Source: Enterobacteria phage T6
Sequence record: MH550421
Strand: one strand, 5' to 3'
DNA length: 64,000 bases
A program made the translations under genes and the position numbers. Shown here piece after piece: positions 59,156 through 64,000 of this stretch. The notes beneath the pieces were generated by a model, which did no database searches, had not been told where the DNA came from, and worked only from the letters and a program-made list of their open reading frames with translations. Numbering within the stretch: position 1 is the first letter of the stretch; each line of letters begins with the position of its first letter.

Positions 59156-59604
59156 TCAACAATCACAATTTCTAATTTAGAGGAATATGTATCTAAAATC
59201 CCCTCAATAATATCCCAGTTCCCTTTACCTATGCCTGCACCAATCCTAGGCATATAGATTGTAGGTTTAATCAGTTTATTTTCACCAAACTCATTTAATT
59301 CTAACATACAATTCATTAAAGCGGAATACTCAAAATTTGGCCCTGGTTGAAATTGAGTATAAAGATTAAAGCAGTAAGCTTTATGAGTCCTAAAGTATTT
59401 TTCATAGACTGAATAAGAACCAAGTTTAGTTACATCACCCCATTCAGTCTGTAATTTATCAGCTTCCAAAATTTTAGGGAAAGCTTTGGTTAATTGACCT
59501 GCGACTCCAGCTTTCATCGTGTGAAAACAATTACATCCATGCGCAATATTTTTACCTTCAGCGAAAAGGGCGACAATATCGCCCTTGATATATTTTACAA
59601 TCAT
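59137..59604 (-). CDS. macrodomain protein, TARG1/DarG-like (candidate ADP-ribose hydrolase)
   Basis: 155 aa; KGDIVALFAEGKNIAHGCNCFHTMKAGVAGQL and RIGAGIGKG motifs resemble the OARD1/TARG1 macro fold. Confidence 0.55.
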   Translation of the reverse strand: MIVKYIKGDIVALFAEGKNIAHGCNCFHTMKAGVAGQLTKAFPKILEADKLQTEWGDVTKLGSYSVYEKYFRTHKAYCFNLYTQFQPGPNFEYSALMNCMLELNEFGENKLIKPTIYMPRIGAGIGKGNWDIIEGILDTYSSKLEIVIVDWEPLL

Positions 59605-59948
59605 CTAGTACTCAATCCTCGATTATAAGAATCTACCAAACGGTCAACCATTGAATGACAAGCGGCTTTATCTTTCTCCTCCGCAACTGAGCATTCTAAG
59701 GTATTCCACTTTTTAGCATATCGTTTTAACAATGTATCGTTTTTGTATCTGCTTGATTTATCTCTTTCTCCGTCTTTATATGCATATATTAATTTCTGTG
59801 CAAATTCAGCTTGGCATGCTTTATTTTTCCCACAATAATCTGCCGCAGTGCGGTTTACATATTCTCTAATTTCAGTATATGATGTATCTGCTGACGCAGA
59901 AGCAGAAAATGAAATTAATCCTATACATAAAACCAAAATTTTAGTCAT
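59601..59948 (-). CDS. secreted protein, 115 aa
   Basis: cleavable signal peptide MTKILVLCIGLISFSASASA; four Cys. Confidence 0.5.
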   Translation of the reverse strand: MTKILVLCIGLISFSASASADTSYTEIREYVNRTAADYCGKNKACQAEFAQKLIYAYKDGERDKSSRYKNDTLLKRYAKKWNTLECSVAEEKDKAACHSMVDRLVDSYNRGLSTR

Positions 59949-60486
59949 TTACTATTTCCAAAAGTTTATTATTTTTAAGGTAATTAGCCTTTTCTAGGAC
60001 TTCAGAAGCATATTTAGAACCAGCTTTAACATTCCATCCCGAATTATAAGAGGATATTGCTTTTCTTATATCGCCCTTATGTATATTTAACCAATAAGAA
60101 AGTTCAATGTACGCCCAGGAAGCTGAATTGGATCGTTTATTCAACATTCTTTTTATTTCAGCATCGGTCATATTATAACCAAGTTCCTTAACTCTCGCTC
60201 GCATAGTAGGCAAATAATTTTGGAACATTCCGTAGGCGTGATGCTTTGGTTTAGATTTTAAATTAACTCCGCCAGAGCTTTCTTGCCATATAATGGCTGC
60301 CATTATATGGCCTAATCCGCTCTTGTGGATGTTTTTGTGTGTTTTATATTTTCCATCCTTAGAAAATTGTTCCCCGAATTGATACGCGTAACGCATGTTA
60401 TCGAGTTGGACATTACTGAAAGTATGCTCGGAGCTATGTGCCATCATTGAAATGGCCAATAGACCAGCGAGTAGTGCTTTTCTCAT
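59941..60486 (-). CDS. secreted lytic transglycosylase-like protein (SLT domain)
   Basis: signal peptide; SLT motifs WQESSGG (catalytic Glu), YGMFQ, YNSG. Confidence 0.55.
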   Translation of the reverse strand: MRKALLAGLLAISMMAHSSEHTFSNVQLDNMRYAYQFGEQFSKDGKYKTHKNIHKSGLGHIMAAIIWQESSGGVNLKSKPKHHAYGMFQNYLPTMRARVKELGYNMTDAEIKRMLNKRSNSASWAYIELSYWLNIHKGDIRKAISSYNSGWNVKAGSKYASEVLEKANYLKNNKLLEIVND

Positions 60487-60493
60487 GCTTACC

Positions 60494-60955
60494 TCATTGA
60501 GTTTTAATTACTGCTTTAGAAGCCTTTCCTGGTAAACGACGACTGTTGATAATTGCCATCCTACATTGAAGTGACGGGTCTTTGAACTTCTCATTAGGTT
60601 TACAAACTGTAAATCCAAGCCAAAGATTTCCATCTGTGATTTCTAAACGTCCAGGACGATATTCAACCCCATCAATAAAATCCTCGTCAATGTCAGGACG
60701 CGGTGGCATACTCAGGAATTCATTAACTTCTAAAACATGGTCTTTTATTTTATGGAATAATTCAAAAACGTATGTCTCATCAATCTCCCGTTGAATTGCA
60801 CGATCAAGAAGATGCTGAGAATATTTTAGATGAAACGATGAGACTCCTGCTGCTTTTGATGCCTCACGAATCTCATTGTTAATTTGACGAAACTCCGACT
60901 CAAAGTGGCGACGAAGCTTATTTCGACGGATAAAAACTTCTGTATTGATAGTCAT
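60494..60955 (-). CDS. regB: RegB site-specific endoribonuclease
   Basis: 153 aa MTINTEVFIRRNKLRRHFE..., recognised as T4 RegB. Confidence 0.85.
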   Translation of the reverse strand: MTINTEVFIRRNKLRRHFESEFRQINNEIREASKAAGVSSFHLKYSQHLLDRAIQREIDETYVFELFHKIKDHVLEVNEFLSMPPRPDIDEDFIDGVEYRPGRLEITDGNLWLGFTVCKPNEKFKDPSLQCRMAIINSRRLPGKASKAVIKTQ

Positions 60956-60982
60956 GTTGTTCTCCTCTTAACTGATAGAAAA

Positions 60983-61012
60983 ATTATACCACAGTCAAGA
61001 GGAAAAGTAAAC
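60983..61012 (-). promoter_or_regulatory. sigma70-type early promoter
   Basis: rc GTTTAC (61007-61012), 18-nt spacer, TGGTATAAT. Confidence 0.7.
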
Positions 61013-61016
61013 AACT

Positions 61017-61985
<969 letters not shown>

Positions 61986-62004
<19 letters not shown>

Positions 62005-62474
62005 TCAGTGATAAAGTTATTTAAATTTTGAGCATATTTCTTTTCATCAAAAATCTTTTGCTGTCTGCGTAACCGCCATGGCATTTCAATGAACATGCGC
62101 CATATTTCTGATAATACTGCTGCTGTAAAAATATTAACAAGTATGGTTAAAAGAACCCAATCTCCTATTCTGTCCATTGGATTTTTAATAAAAAAGTAAA
62201 ATACGAACGATGATATAGGAAGACTAATGATATACCACAGAATAAGCTTCTTATCTGTGAACCAATCAGCATTCGTTAACTTAGCGCGACCATTTTGAAT
62301 ACACACGAATTTATCATCTGTTACAGTAAATGGCTTAGCTGCTTGATATCCCATTCTAAACTCCCTAATTAATCGTTTCTTTGTATCTTCGGAACAACCA
62401 TTCCAGTCAACTCTATCAACTGAAATGCCATCATCCCCATCATCTAAATCATACCAACGAGTTTTTAAAATCAT
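61986..62474 (-). CDS. membrane protein, 162 aa
   Basis: two central TM helices. Confidence 0.5.
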
Positions 62475-62833
62475 TTAATTTTCCTACAATCGCTCACAAA
62501 CTCTTTCATTGATTCATTTTCAATATAAGACATGTAGCTATTATATTCTTTTAATTGTATTTTGTAATCCTTTTTTCTTTGCCAATTTATTTTAAAATTA
62601 TCATAATGAAAATATAACATAGTACCAAAGAATGAAAACAATGAAATAATTTTAGTATAACGAAGTTCACTCCAAACCTCTGTTATATCTACTGTACCAC
62701 TGATTTTTAAAATAAAACAGTCAATTAATAGTCCAATAAGACTACCTATAAGAGCTGCAGCCAACGCCACGGACACAATTAAAAATGACTCAGAAAACGA
62801 ATATTTGACTTTATTTAGTTTTGGCTTTTGCAT
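62471..62833 (-). CDS. membrane protein, 120 aa
   Basis: two TM helices. Confidence 0.5.
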   Translation of the reverse strand: MQKPKLNKVKYSFSESFLIVSVALAAALIGSLIGLLIDCFILKISGTVDITEVWSELRYTKIISLFSFFGTMLYFHYDNFKINWQRKKDYKIQLKEYNSYMSYIENESMKEFVSDCRKIK

Positions 62834-63228
62834 CGTGATTCCTTAACAAATTTCATAATTTCATTAAATTCATACATATCTAGTTTAAGCTGGTATTCCT
62901 TTTTAATCTTTTTGCACTGGGCTTTCCAATCACGTACGCGTTTACGATAATGTCTTCCTTGATACCAGTATCCTACCCAATTTACAGGTACTAATAAAAG
63001 CGGAACTACCAATGGAAGAATTAGTGTTGCTCCAAATATTACACCAGATTCAATATCAGTCATAACGTCTATAACCATTCCAGCAATCAGCAGAATCACA
63101 AATGATACAGCTACCACAGGACCTATTAACACATCAGTAGAAATTATCTGACGCTTTAATTCATACTTCAACGGTTTACTTGGAAGGTATAGTGATGGTT
63201 TTGACATATTCTCTACATTCCTTAACAA
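62815..63228 (-). CDS. membrane protein, 137 aa
   Basis: two TM helices. Confidence 0.5.
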   Translation of the reverse strand: MLRNVENMSKPSLYLPSKPLKYELKRQIISTDVLIGPVVAVSFVILLIAGMVIDVMTDIESGVIFGATLILPLVVPLLLVPVNWVGYWYQGRHYRKRVRDWKAQCKKIKKEYQLKLDMYEFNEIMKFVKESRCKSQN

Positions 63229-63784
63229 ATTTTTCTAATAATAAATCGCTTTCAAAATTGGGATTTTCTACGAATTTATCAAAAAGATCATCAACAATAG
63301 TTAAGATATTCTTTTTACTAAGAATACGTTTATTTTCATGCTTCGTTTCAGAATCAACTATAAGAGTAAAGAAATATTTCTTGCCCTGAAATTTTACCGT
63401 AGTATCAATATAAAATAAATTTGACTTTTGTAAATTACGTTTAAACCATGCGTCACTTAAACTATAAACGCCGAGATAATCATAATCGTCGTTTAAATAA
63501 CAAACTGTCCATTCAGGAGAAATGAAATCAGTAAATTCAACATCAAAATCGCATGTCAATGAATGAATTGATTCAATACTGTTAATAAGTATTCCAGGAC
63601 GTATTAAAGACTTTTTACCTCTAGAAAATCTTCCAGAAAGACTTTCATCAGTTTCATATGAAGAACCCCAATAATAATTACGTCCTTCTGCCATACGTTT
63701 AAGAGCATTTAATAATTGGTCTGGAACATCAACTTGTCTTTGGAATTCTTCAAACATTGAATTAAAATCACTTTGCATTTTCAT
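63176..63784 (-). CDS. hypothetical protein, 202 aa
   Basis: ORF. Confidence 0.5.
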   Translation of the reverse strand: MKMQSDFNSMFEEFQRQVDVPDQLLNALKRMAEGRNYYWGSSYETDESLSGRFSRGKKSLIRPGILINSIESIHSLTCDFDVEFTDFISPEWTVCYLNDDYDYLGVYSLSDAWFKRNLQKSNLFYIDTTVKFQGKKYFFTLIVDSETKHENKRILSKKNILTIVDDLFDKFVENPNFESDLLLEKFVKECREYVKTITIPSK

Positions 63785-63801
63785 TCCTATTTACTCCAAG
63801 T

Positions 63802-63823
63802 AATAGGGGCCGAAGCCCCTTAT
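63802..63823 (-). terminator. hairpin terminator
   Basis: aggggc-cgaa-gcccct right after the stop of the partial ORF. Confidence 0.6.
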
Positions 63824-63825
63824 CA

Positions 63826-64000
63826 TTATTTCAGAGAATTAATGTATTCCTGAACATCAGCAGAAGTAGTTTCAACCCCAGAAATATTACCATTAAAGGT
63901 TTCAACTCGAGCAAGAGTATCTTCAATATCAACCTTAGTCAGTGCTGCAATTTCAACTACATCATCAGCAGTACTAATTCCAAGGGCATTTGCTGCACGA
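63826..64000 (-). CDS. hypothetical protein, C-terminal fragment (runs off window end)
   Basis: open minus-strand frame from window edge to TAA at 63826-63828; ends ...VQEYINSLK. Confidence 0.4.

Overview
This 64 kb window is a contiguous segment of a T-even (T4-like, Tequatrovirus) coliphage genome. It starts at the 3-prime end of rIIA and runs through the early/middle replication, recombination and nucleotide-metabolism region to just past lysozyme e and nudE. Almost every gene is on the minus strand in tightly packed, often overlapping operons. Recognisable products include rIIA, topoisomerase II gp39, DexA, Dda, ModA/ModB, Soc, dCTPase gp56, primase gp61, Spackle, Dmd, helicase gp41, UvsX, dCMP hydroxymethylase gp42, Imm, DNA polymerase gp43, RegA, clamp loader gp44/62, clamp gp45, RpbA, gp46/gp47, alpha-glucosyltransferase, late sigma gp55, NrdH/NrdG/NrdD, endonuclease VII, PinA, NrdC, RI, thymidine kinase, RegB, lysozyme e and NudE. 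Operons are punctuated by a highly conserved sigma70-type early promoter (GTTTAC-N18-TATAAT/TACTAT) and by GC-stem tetraloop hairpin terminators. Apparent differences from T4 itself (from memory, not searched): gp39 is one fused 605-aa protein with no gene 60 split, a GT-A-like glycosyltransferase sits at the beta-gt locus, there is no dam between genes 56 and 61, nrdD has no intron, regB lies directly next to e (no denV/ipII/ipIII block), and there are three free-standing homing endonucleases (one HNH, two GIY-YIG). The best candidates for uncharacterised biology are: a membrane protein / pol-beta nucleotidyltransferase / AAA+ ATPase cluster at 51.5-54.1 kb, a TARG1/DarG-like macrodomain protein next to tk, four tandem coiled-coil paralogs at 45.5-49.4 kb, and a family of at least six ~60-aa paralogs around rI and tk. 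All calls come from reading the sequence and the ORF track; no database search was run.
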